A stretch of DNA of 64,000 nt from Escherichia coli (GCF_024700885.2 NZ_CP117016.1), one strand, 5' to 3'; counted from the stretch's first letter, positions 54,972-62,917 are shown. Program-made: numbers and translations. The notes: generated by a model from the letters alone, not told the origin.

Positions 54972-55076
54972 ATGAGTGCAATAGAAAATTTCGATGCCCA
55001 TACGCCCATGATGCAGCAGTACCATTTTTCTATGGTTAACCTGTTGAAATTTAGCAATAAAGTGTTTGGTAAGTAG
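54972..55076 (+). pseudogene. mutS: mutS 5' fragment: first 17 codons of DNA mismatch repair protein MutS, then out-of-gene sequence and a stop
   Basis: ATGAGTGCAATAGAAAATTTCGATGCCCATACGCCCATGATGCAGCAGTA encodes MSAIENFDAHTPMMQQY (MutS N-terminus); after 55022 the sequence turns AT-rich and non-MutS (HFSMVNLLKFSNKVFGK-stop). Confidence 0.85.
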
Positions 55077-55365
55077 ACTCTGGTTTACTGATGGTATACA
55101 TAACATATAGTTATGTTAGCCAAGAACTCGAACTTAATGTGCCTAACTACAGAATGAAAAGTAACGTTGCGATACCGAAAAAATTTGGTGGCGTAAGGAA
55201 GGAATTGAAGTTCATTCATCTCCGTGAATATCTAAATCAATTTAATAACCAATTAAATAATTAGCTGGCTACAAATAACATTGATCTAATTCAATAATTT
55301 AGGATTATGTATTGGAGCTATTGAAAAAGTTGTGTTATAAAGGAAAAAAATCAAGGGAGATTAAA

Positions 55366-55635
55366 ATGTCTATCGATATCAATAAGTTAAAATCAAAATT
55401 AATTGAAGATTATAAATTCGCTGACGAGATTAGCGATGATGAAATCAATATAGTTTTAAGTGAAATACACAAAAAGGGTGCCTCAACACCAAAAGAAGTA
55501 GACGAAATTGTCTATACGGTATTAGAGGGTAAAAGGCATTATGCTTTCGAAAGTCTGGATACATCCAATACTACATCCCTTGCATTACAGTTAATTCAGG
55601 CGGCAAAGGTATATGCTCAAACACAAGGAAGATGA
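55366..55635 (+). CDS. hypothetical small acidic protein (89 aa), first gene of island cargo cluster
   Basis: SD agggaga 6 nt upstream of ATG 55366 (track ORF 55312..55635 is the same frame); no recognisable motif. Confidence 0.5.
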   Translation: MSIDINKLKSKLIEDYKFADEISDDEINIVLSEIHKKGASTPKEVDEIVYTVLEGKRHYAFESLDTSNTTSLALQLIQAAKVYAQTQGR

Positions 55636-56401
55636 AAGCATTCACATAGAGAGTAAAAAAAAACTTGATATGGAATTGCAGTTTTTAATAGATGAGATGC
55701 AAGCTGGGAAGGATAAAAACACTATTCTTCCACTGTTGAATAAACTGCAATTACAGTTTTCGATCTATGTTACTGATTTTGAAAATTTCATCGTTCGAGT
55801 TTCAGAAAATGGGTATTATCGTTCAAAAGGTGAAATAAAAGATGTTTTAATTAGCGTAGAAAATTTTTTAAATTCAAATGCAGTTGTTGCAGAAGCAATA
55901 AATACAGTTTCAAGCATATTCAATTTACCCCAATGTTATCAAGAAGGAAATTTCATAACAACTGCTCAAATAATATTAAGAACACATCAGAAAGAAAAAG
56001 CCGAGGAATTATCTCAAATTTATAAGGATAAAGGATTATCAACAAATGGCTTTGATAGTAAAGAAAAAATTTATTTGAACAGACACGGGTTTGATATGAC
56101 CAGATTTATTTCGTTTATATTAGGATTAATTTGTATACTTTATTTTTTATATGAATACAATATAGGCAATATAAACAATGGTATAAGTTGGTTTAATTAT
56201 AGATTGTTTGTTCCAACTGGATTAGGAGCAATAATATTTTCACTATTTCCGACAACCATGCAATTAAAATTTAGAGCAGGAGTGACAGCCACTGGAATTG
56301 TCGCATTTATTATATTTTTTTATACTGTCAATCCAGCAAAAGTTCCTGATTTTCAACTTCATAATATTGATAGCAATCAATCATCAGAAAAAAACAACTG
56401 A
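55613..56401 (+). CDS. hypothetical membrane-anchored protein (262 aa): about 170-aa soluble N-domain plus about 3 C-terminal TM helices
   Basis: ORF overlaps the upstream gene by 23 nt; hydrophobic segments FISFILGLICILYFLY, LGAIIFSLF, GIVAFIIFFYTV; alternative start ATG 55670. Confidence 0.6.
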   Translation: MLKHKEDESIHIESKKKLDMELQFLIDEMQAGKDKNTILPLLNKLQLQFSIYVTDFENFIVRVSENGYYRSKGEIKDVLISVENFLNSNAVVAEAINTVSSIFNLPQCYQEGNFITTAQIILRTHQKEKAEELSQIYKDKGLSTNGFDSKEKIYLNRHGFDMTRFISFILGLICILYFLYEYNIGNINNGISWFNYRLFVPTGLGAIIFSLFPTTMQLKFRAGVTATGIVAFIIFFYTVNPAKVPDFQLHNIDSNQSSEKNN

Positions 56402-56448
56402 TATCCAAGCGGATATCAGTTTAGATCTTAAAAGGAAAAAAATCCAAA

Positions 56449-56943
56449 GTGAAATTTATAGCATATGCGTTCTTGTCATTTACTATCGCACCAATAATTG
56501 GCATAATTATTGGAATTCCATTTGATAAATACTTACTCAAAAACTATCCAGTAGTTCTTTTCACAGTAATAATTATTTTCTCGTCCTTAGGAATCTACTC
56601 TCTTTACTTGTATAAAAAATCATACAAATATGTTAATGATGCTGTTTTAGCTATCTTTACTGGTTGGGTTGCATTGACATACTTACTCACGGGAGAAAAA
56701 ACAAGTGAGATAATCCCCTCGGAGAAACTAATTGAAACACACCCATTAATGTATTATCTAATAATATTAAAATTAACTATTGTTGCAAATGGGCTTTTGG
56801 CTAAGATATTTATTACATTAAACGAATTATATCATGCTCGTAAAGCTGAAAACAAAAGTGGGAAATATACTGATGTTTTAAAAATGACTATTTCCAGCAT
56901 TAAATCTTTTTTTAATTCTCAGAAGGACGGAGTCAAAAAGTAG
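56449..56943 (+). CDS. hypothetical integral membrane protein (164 aa, about 4 TM helices)
   Basis: GTG start; hydrophobic segments throughout; weak RBS. Confidence 0.5.
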   Translation: MKFIAYAFLSFTIAPIIGIIIGIPFDKYLLKNYPVVLFTVIIIFSSLGIYSLYLYKKSYKYVNDAVLAIFTGWVALTYLLTGEKTSEIIPSEKLIETHPLMYYLIILKLTIVANGLLAKIFITLNELYHARKAENKSGKYTDVLKMTISSIKSFFNSQKDGVKK

Positions 56944-57093
56944 AACAACCCCCATAGGAATTATTAATGCATTCATTGAAATAATAGCAGCAAAAACCAC
57001 TGCTAAATAATCATTCTTTGTGTCATAAAACAAAAACACAACAATATTTAAAAATAACACAAAGAGATAAAAAAGCATATCTTTAATATTCAT
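56878..57093 (-). CDS. hypothetical small hydrophobic protein (71 aa, 2 TM helices)
   Basis: Strong SD aaggagg 5 nt upstream of ATG (MNIKDMLFYLFVLFLNIVVFLF...); 3' end overlaps the convergent 56449..56943 ORF by 66 bp. Confidence 0.5.
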   Translation of the reverse strand: MNIKDMLFYLFVLFLNIVVFLFYDTKNDYLAVVFAAIISMNALIIPMGVVLLFDSVLLRIKKRFNAGNSHF

Positions 57094-57689
57094 AACAGCC
57101 TCCTTTTTTCTAATTTGATAATTTACAAATATCTTAATATAACGAAAAGTCAACTTACCCGATAAAAAATAGTTATTAGAACACCTTAAACTGATAATTA
57201 CATTAATAAATGCGAGTGATGAAATTTTTGAGTGAGATCATAAATTGTTGAGGCGTAAAGTTGTTGATATACCTGCTGTTCTGGTAAGTACTGCCATAAT
57301 AAAGGGCTGGTCTCCATCTGGTTTACTGCTTATATTTGTAGCTATGCTACTTAAGTGCTCTGTCGTTATATTGGGTATACATAATGCCCAAAAATCATTA
57401 TCGGATATTATTGAATCATCTAATAAGACGATGATTTTATTCACGAAAGATAATGCCAATGATGATGACGAAGCATTAACCAACCGTATTAATCAGATCA
57501 CAACCGAAGCTTTAACCAAACTCAGTAATAAAAAAGTTGATGCTGAAAAAACCTTGAATAAGCTCTAATGGTTGATTTTCATTGGTGTATCAGTCTGGTC
57601 TATGTTTGTTTTATATCAATTCAAAGATAACATAATCCCAGTTATTGAATTCGCCTATGAGCATATAAAGAGTTTCGTTACTTATTTAT

Positions 57690-57760
57690 TAAGCAAGGGC
57701 TAACTCATCGAAGCTCCGCTTCTTTGAGTTCCCTTGTTTTTCGCCCTTCGGTTGAAAAAG
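57690..57760. promoter_or_regulatory. candidate origin of transfer (oriT): nested inverted repeats upstream of mobC
   Basis: gcaagggctaactc ... gagttcccttg arms flanking the gaagc-tcc-gcttc hairpin, followed by cgcccttcgg; position matches oriT placement in mobC-mobA modules. Confidence 0.4.
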
Positions 57761-57784
57761 AAAGTCAAAGTCTAACCTAACTCA

Positions 57785-57812
57785 TTGACATGAATTGCAT
57801 TTCCACTATAAA
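57785..57812 (+). promoter_or_regulatory. sigma-70-like promoter for mobC-mobA
   Basis: -35 ttgaca (57785-57790), 16-nt spacer, -10 tataaa (57807-57812); strong SD aaaaaggag before mobC ATG. Confidence 0.5.
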
Positions 57813-57876
57813 TATATAATGTGTTGCAAAGGAATTGCTTACTTTAAAGCGAATAAAAATATAAAAAGGAGTTTAT

Positions 57877-58260
57877 ATGGGTAAAATAATAACATTGTCG
57901 TATACAAATAATTTTAAGCCTATTAGCGATAATAAATCTCAATCATTGCGAATACACTGTGTAAGTGTACGATTAAATAAAGAAGAGTTAGAGCTTCTCA
58001 ATGCAAGCCGTGGTGATAAACGCAAAGGTGAATGGCTTCGCATGGCATCACTTCAAAAGCTTCCTCCGACCATTCCTACAATCAATTTAGAAGTTTGGCA
58101 ATCATTGTCTGATATATCTCAAAAGCTAAACCGTCTAATAATCCACCTTGATACTAAAAGCAGTAATAGTGAACTGACGAAAACAGAGATCTTCGCTGTT
58201 AAAAAGCAGATTAAAGAGCTTCGCTCATGTCTTACAGGTTCTGATCCGTCCGTAAGGTAG
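57877..58260 (+). CDS. mobC: MobC-like relaxosome accessory protein
   Basis: 127 aa; segment VSVRLNKEELELLNASRGDKRKGEWLRMASL resembles the conserved MobC core (VRLxxEE...L...A); immediately upstream of the relaxase. Confidence 0.7.
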   Translation: MGKIITLSYTNNFKPISDNKSQSLRIHCVSVRLNKEELELLNASRGDKRKGEWLRMASLQKLPPTIPTINLEVWQSLSDISQKLNRLIIHLDTKSSNSELTKTEIFAVKKQIKELRSCLTGSDPSVR

Positions 58261-58268
58261 TTATTCGC

Positions 58269-59450
58269 ATGAAAGGAATGCAGAAGATCAAAAGGGGTAA
58301 GAGCTTCTCAGGTGTGGTTCTCTATGTGTTAAAGCCAGGCTCACACCATAGAACCGTTCCAGAAGTAATTGGTGGCAACATGACAGGTGATTGCTCACAA
58401 GAGTTAATCGACGAATTTAACCTTACGAAAGAGCTTCGCTCAGATGTGGCAAAACCTGTTTGGCACAATTCACTTCGATTACCCCAGGGAGAATCTCTTA
58501 CCAACGAACAATGGAAACGAATTGCTGACGATTACATGAAGCGAATGGGGTTCGGTGATACACACCTCCGTTGCTATGTTCTTCATGATGATCAGGCTGG
58601 TCAGCACATACACATTATTGCAAGTCGCATAGATCTCAATGGCGGGAAGCTCTACTTGGGTAGGAACGAAAACCTCATCAGCACCCGCATAATCAGTGAA
58701 CTCGAATTCGCTCATGGTCTGACAGTGACCAAGACAGCCTCTTCAATTGCACCAAAGCAACCGAAGCGGAAGAGAATCTCTCGCAACGAACAGATGCTAT
58801 CAGAACGAACTGGTGTTCCCTGCCCCAAGAAGTCCCTTCAACAGATCATAGATAAAAGTTTGGCAGATACACCTGACCTTTTAACTTTTATCAAGAGGCT
58901 GGAAGAAGCAGAAGTAGGCTGGACGGCGAATGTCGCAAGCACAGGTAAAATGAACGGGTTCTCTTTCGAATACACAGGAATAGCTTTCAAAGCTTCCCAG
59001 TTAGCCAAGAGCTATTCATGGGCAAATCTTCAAAAGCAGCTTAACTACAACCCGGATCACTTAGAAGCTCTGCGAAAGGATATACAGACCAAGGAAGTTC
59101 CTGCTCCTGTTCCTGTTCCTGTTCCTGTTCCTGTTCCTGTTCCTGTTCCTGTTCCTGCAGAACCGATAGCAAGAACGGCCGCCCAGATCGAAAGCATAAG
59201 TGAAAAAATTGCCGAACTGGAACTACGACTCAAAGAAGACAGAAGAAACGAAATCGTAGAAAAGATTCTTCAAAAGAATGCAGCCAAACAGCAAAAGCAT
59301 CTCAGGCTCACCGGCTGGATTCCCTTTTTACAACGGCTCATAGAGCTTCTCAGAAAATATGGAAGGAGCATCCTCCACAAGGTTCCTACAAACTTCTTAG
59401 AAGTCTATTCAACCCATCATCTGAAACCTACAAGAAAAATTCGTTTATAG
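58269..59450 (+). CDS. mobA: MobA/VirD2-type HUH relaxase (mobilisation nuclease)
   Basis: 393 aa; N-terminal Tyr region KSFSGVVLYVLK; three-His motif HDDQAGQHIHIIASRID; coiled-coil C-terminus. Confidence 0.85.
   Translation: MKGMQKIKRGKSFSGVVLYVLKPGSHHRTVPEVIGGNMTGDCSQELIDEFNLTKELRSDVAKPVWHNSLRLPQGESLTNEQWKRIADDYMKRMGFGDTHLRCYVLHDDQAGQHIHIIASRIDLNGGKLYLGRNENLISTRIISELEFAHGLTVTKTASSIAPKQPKRKRISRNEQMLSERTGVPCPKKSLQQIIDKSLADTPDLLTFIKRLEEAEVGWTANVASTGKMNGFSFEYTGIAFKASQLAKSYSWANLQKQLNYNPDHLEALRKDIQTKEVPAPVPVPVPVPVPVPVPVPAEPIARTAAQIESISEKIAELELRLKEDRRNEIVEKILQKNAAKQQKHLRLTGWIPFLQRLIELLRKYGRSILHKVPTNFLEVYSTHHLKPTRKIRL
59100..59159 (+). repeat. hexanucleotide tandem repeat: 8 perfect CCTGTT units (59106-59153) flanked by CCTGCT and CCTGCA
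   Basis: Encodes PAPVPVPVPVPVPVPVPVPA linker inside the relaxase. Confidence 0.95.
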
Positions 59451-59702
59451 ACAGCTAGTTATAAACACCTTTCGTAACATAACTTAATTACCTAGTGATA
59501 AATTTGTGTTTAGTCAAGAAAATATTGATCGTTATTACAGATCGATATCAATATTATGATAGCCTAAACCTATCGTAACTTAGACATCGATCGGTACAAG
59601 TGATTTTACTAAAGATAATTATTCATCGAGAATCCCTGAAAAGAGCCTGATGATTTTTAAGCAATAGCAGTATCAGGAACCGATTGTAAAAATGGAGTTA
59701 AT

Positions 59703-59981
59703 ATGAATAACGAAACCATTAAGTGTCCGTTCTGCTTCAAAGAGAGCCAGTTTGGTGTCCGTGTTTGTACCGGCTGTCATTCAACCATCAAATATGGCGA
59801 AGTTTCACCTTGGTTATCTTTACTAATAGGATTTATTTTATTAGCCATTGCTTACATCATACTTTATATAAGTCAAAGTTTTTTAGTAGCTCTCGTTATT
59901 CTTTTAACATTAATGATTTCTACAAGATTGTATATTCGTAAAAAATTTGCACACAGAGCAGTTTTCACTCACCAACATTAA
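59703..59981 (+). CDS. hypothetical zinc-ribbon membrane protein (92 aa)
   Basis: N-terminal CPFC...CTGC zinc-ribbon-like pair then two TM helices; SD tggag before ATG. Confidence 0.55.
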   Translation: MNNETIKCPFCFKESQFGVRVCTGCHSTIKYGEVSPWLSLLIGFILLAIAYIILYISQSFLVALVILLTLMISTRLYIRKKFAHRAVFTHQH

Positions 59982-59999
59982 GAACAAAAGGGATTTAAC

Positions 60000-60314
60000 A
60001 TGAAAGCATATGCTATGCTAACAATCATTCTTTCTACTTTTCTATTAACTGCATGTAATAGTGAACCAAGTCAAGATGATATCTACAATGCATTCAAAAG
60101 TGTTGTAGATAAAACCAATGCCAGCATGAAAGCTTTTGATTCAAGAGTGTCAGAAAAAGACCTTTTAAAAATCGATTATGTAAAAAAAGTAAGCTGTTCG
60201 GAAGAAGCAAACAATGTTTACAACTGCATTGTCGATGCTTCTATTAGCAACAATAAACAGACGAAACCAATTAAATTAGTTAAAGCTGATGGTGTCTGGA
60301 AAGAAGTTCAGTAG
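60000..60314 (+). CDS. hypothetical lipoprotein (104 aa)
   Basis: Signal peptide with lipobox LLTAC (MKAYAMLTIILSTFLLTACNSE); SD aaggga; terminator follows. Confidence 0.6.
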   Translation: MKAYAMLTIILSTFLLTACNSEPSQDDIYNAFKSVVDKTNASMKAFDSRVSEKDLLKIDYVKKVSCSEEANNVYNCIVDASISNNKQTKPIKLVKADGVWKEVQ

Positions 60315-60337
60315 TAGCCTATATCAAGAAGTCTCTT

Positions 60338-60362
60338 TTAGCCCCTGCACAGGGGCTTTTTA
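60338..60362 (+). terminator. rho-independent terminator after the lipoprotein gene
   Basis: agcccctg-caca-ggggct hairpin followed by ttttta. Confidence 0.7.
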
Positions 60363-60366
60363 TTGC

Positions 60367-60801
60367 CTATAACCTGACGGCTCTTACGCGAACTTCATGG
60401 GTTAACTCTTTCTCGATTACTTTCATTTCATATTGTGCTCTGACAGTAGCATAGATTTCTTCTGCCATTTCTTGATTGCTATCGATATAGTTAACGAGAG
60501 AGTTTAGCTCCCTGATAACAGCTTCCTTATTGTTTAATCGTTGTAGTAGATTGCTTGTTAGGCTTTTGTATACAGAGCTAAACATTGCCATGACATTGTC
60601 TATGTTACGATTTGATTTGGAATAAATTTTTTTAGGATAGAAATATTTTAAATGGTATCCCACAAAAATTAAGTAAAGCTGATATGAAAAACTTTTATCA
60701 TGTGGCTGATATCGTTTTGATATGTATTTATCTACAATGATAACAAGCTGTTCTTCCAGTGTCATCACTGAATTATAATTGGTTTTGTTCATAAGTTGCA
60801 T
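60367..60801 (-). CDS. hypothetical protein (144 aa), last gene of recombinase-strand cluster
   Basis: ORF with ATG; no recognisable motif. Confidence 0.5.
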   Translation of the reverse strand: MQLMNKTNYNSVMTLEEQLVIIVDKYISKRYQPHDKSFSYQLYLIFVGYHLKYFYPKKIYSKSNRNIDNVMAMFSSVYKSLTSNLLQRLNNKEAVIRELNSLVNYIDSNQEMAEEIYATVRAQYEMKVIEKELTHEVRVRAVRL

Positions 60802-60894
60802 CCTTGCAAAATTTGATTTTGTCTTCCTGACAATACATATATAATTACCACATATTTAAAAAACATCAATAGACAAAACCTATTGATGTCAAAA

Positions 60895-61278
60895 TTATTT
60901 TTTGTTTTTGGGAAAAATTTGATCTTCTCTAATACATTTACCATATGCAACCATTTGAAGATCTCTAACCATAAGTAGAAGCCTGTTATTTTCACTAACT
61001 AACCTCGAATTTTCTGTTTCTAATTTACTGATTTTATTCGAAGCATAGGCAAGACTTTGAGGACTTTTAATATGCTTAACAGTTTCACCTTTAGTTCTCT
61101 TTTTCTGCTGATATGCATAAGCTATTACTGTATGTCTTGAAAGAGCCTGTCTCGTTGGTTTTTTACCGAAATGATCCTCTACGGAATCACAAAGACTGAC
61201 CCAAGTTAAATCGCCTTCCCAGCCATTTATTTTATCGAGAACGAATTCAATATCTTCCTTGTTAAACTTTTTACTCAT
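60895..61278 (-). CDS. small coiled-coil protein downstream of the recombinases (TnpC-like position)
   Basis: Start at MSKKFNKEDIEF (track ORF starts 10 codons earlier); overlaps the upstream recombinase gene; C-terminal heptad-like region KISKLETENSRLVSENNRLLLMVRDLQ. Confidence 0.55.
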   Translation of the reverse strand: MSKKFNKEDIEFVLDKINGWEGDLTWVSLCDSVEDHFGKKPTRQALSRHTVIAYAYQQKKRTKGETVKHIKSPQSLAYASNKISKLETENSRLVSENNRLLLMVRDLQMVAYGKCIREDQIFPKNKK

Positions 61279-62917
61279 TATGTTCTCCTCTAAGATAATA
61301 ACTAACAATATGATTTATAATTTTACTAACTTCTTGGATTTCCTTTTCAACATAATTCGCTTTCTGTGAATTATATTGGCTTCTGTATAAATTATTCTTT
61401 TCTTCAAGCGTTTGTAAATGGTCTTTAATTTTGCAAATAATATCATCCTTACTCCCTCCACCTAAATCAGAAATCATTTCATCAGCAAATAATACTCTTC
61501 GTTCGTTTTGTCGCAACTCCTCCCAAGTTCGGTTATCATACACATTATTTTGTTCAACATTTTTCCTCCCTGACCAAAAAGCTATTTCTATATCAGAGAG
61601 CATAGCTCTTTGAGCAAGAGTGTTTAAAAGATGTCTTGGCTGATGACTACTAAAAATCTCTTTCATACCATTGGGTTGTAATGTTTTATGTCGTTGAAAA
61701 AAATTTAAGGTAGTTTCTTTTTCTGACCTTTTTTTAAAATCAGCAATAAACATCTTTTTATTTGCGGGTAAGACACAGAATAAATCAATTCCTTTCTTTA
61801 AATGTAATTGATCTTTATTTAGGATTAACAATCTATTACTAAGGTTTATAGATTTTGAAAATTCATCCCAAGATTTTGTTTTATCGCTATAATTAAAAAC
61901 TTCATTCCAAAATTCTTTTGCACTAAGAATCCCACTCTCTACCCTCATTAATATATTTTTAGTTTTAACATTGAAGCAGTCCATACAGTTTAGATTTAAA
62001 AGCTTATACAACTTTGTATGAAAATATCGTCCATTCTCATCAGTCTCTAAACTCTTATAAAACTCCAATTCTCCTTTTTCTCGTAGGGTAGCTATGCACC
62101 TTGCCGTTTGTGATAATACCCTTAATCTTTTAATGGCTAATTTTGCTATTGAATGCATATTCCTTGGAATCCACTTTATACTTTCACCATAGCCTTTTGC
62201 ACTATGATAACGAATGCCATAGGAGCCTTTCCCCTCTATGTCGTTCCCTTCAACTTCACAATCCACCTCAAGACTCAGGACTTCTGATATTCGTGTTGGA
62301 GCACAAAGAAGCAGTGCGATGATAGATGTTGTAAATATATCTCTTTGGCTTTTATCATTAGAACTAAAAACCCTACCAACAAGATCTATGACTTCCTCTT
62401 CTGGTAACTTATTTTTAATTTCTTTTTGCCCTATAAGATCTCTTACAGCTTTATTTCTAATTATTCTAAGCCTGGAGTTAAACTTACTTAATTTTGGATT
62501 TATTATGTTATTTATAGCTAACACTTCTAAAATATTCTTTAATGCCTTTTCAATAGCCCCCGCACGACTATTAGAATATTTCTTTTCTACTTGGAATAAA
62601 ATGTTGTTGATAACCTCAGAATTAATATTAACAATATGTGGTTCTACATTCAAAGTGAAGAATGAACTTTCCATAATTTTTATGACCGCCAAATAAAGTA
62701 ATGATTTACTGAGATTAGGGAAACACTCTCTATATATAATAACCTTTGATAATTGTTGAAAATGCGCTCCCATGTCTTTATCTTTTTTTATATGATTGTT
62801 ATTTTTAAATGAAACCCCTCTACCCCATGACAAATCATCCCAATTTATAATATTTTCTTTTTTTGCCTGTATCCTTACTTCATTAGCTAAAACATCATAA
62901 TTATTATAATGACTCAT
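61271..62917 (-). CDS. tyrosine recombinase, large (548 aa; Tn554 TnpB-like size and position)
   Basis: Catalytic region HQPRHLLNTLAQRAMLSDIEIAFWSGRKNVEQNNVYDNR (HxxR ... Y); box I candidate PTRISEVLSL; 14-nt overlap with upstream recombinase. Confidence 0.8.
   Translation of the reverse strand: MSHYNNYDVLANEVRIQAKKENIINWDDLSWGRGVSFKNNNHIKKDKDMGAHFQQLSKVIIYRECFPNLSKSLLYLAVIKIMESSFFTLNVEPHIVNINSEVINNILFQVEKKYSNSRAGAIEKALKNILEVLAINNIINPKLSKFNSRLRIIRNKAVRDLIGQKEIKNKLPEEEVIDLVGRVFSSNDKSQRDIFTTSIIALLLCAPTRISEVLSLEVDCEVEGNDIEGKGSYGIRYHSAKGYGESIKWIPRNMHSIAKLAIKRLRVLSQTARCIATLREKGELEFYKSLETDENGRYFHTKLYKLLNLNCMDCFNVKTKNILMRVESGILSAKEFWNEVFNYSDKTKSWDEFSKSINLSNRLLILNKDQLHLKKGIDLFCVLPANKKMFIADFKKRSEKETTLNFFQRHKTLQPNGMKEIFSSHQPRHLLNTLAQRAMLSDIEIAFWSGRKNVEQNNVYDNRTWEELRQNERRVLFADEMISDLGGGSKDDIICKIKDHLQTLEEKNNLYRSQYNSQKANYVEKEIQEVSKIINHIVSYYLRGEHNE

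Noticed and set aside
54706-54975. 89-aa ORF in the ygbA-mutS intergenic region
   Set aside because: It sits in the promoter region and overlaps the mutS start out of frame; no RBS. Most likely non-coding.
57238-57568. ORF pair 57245..57568 (plus) and 57238..57483 (minus)
   Set aside because: Both require TTG starts without an RBS and overlap each other on opposite strands. I cannot decide which, if either, is real, so neither is listed as a feature; the region may hold a small gene or a non-coding RNA.
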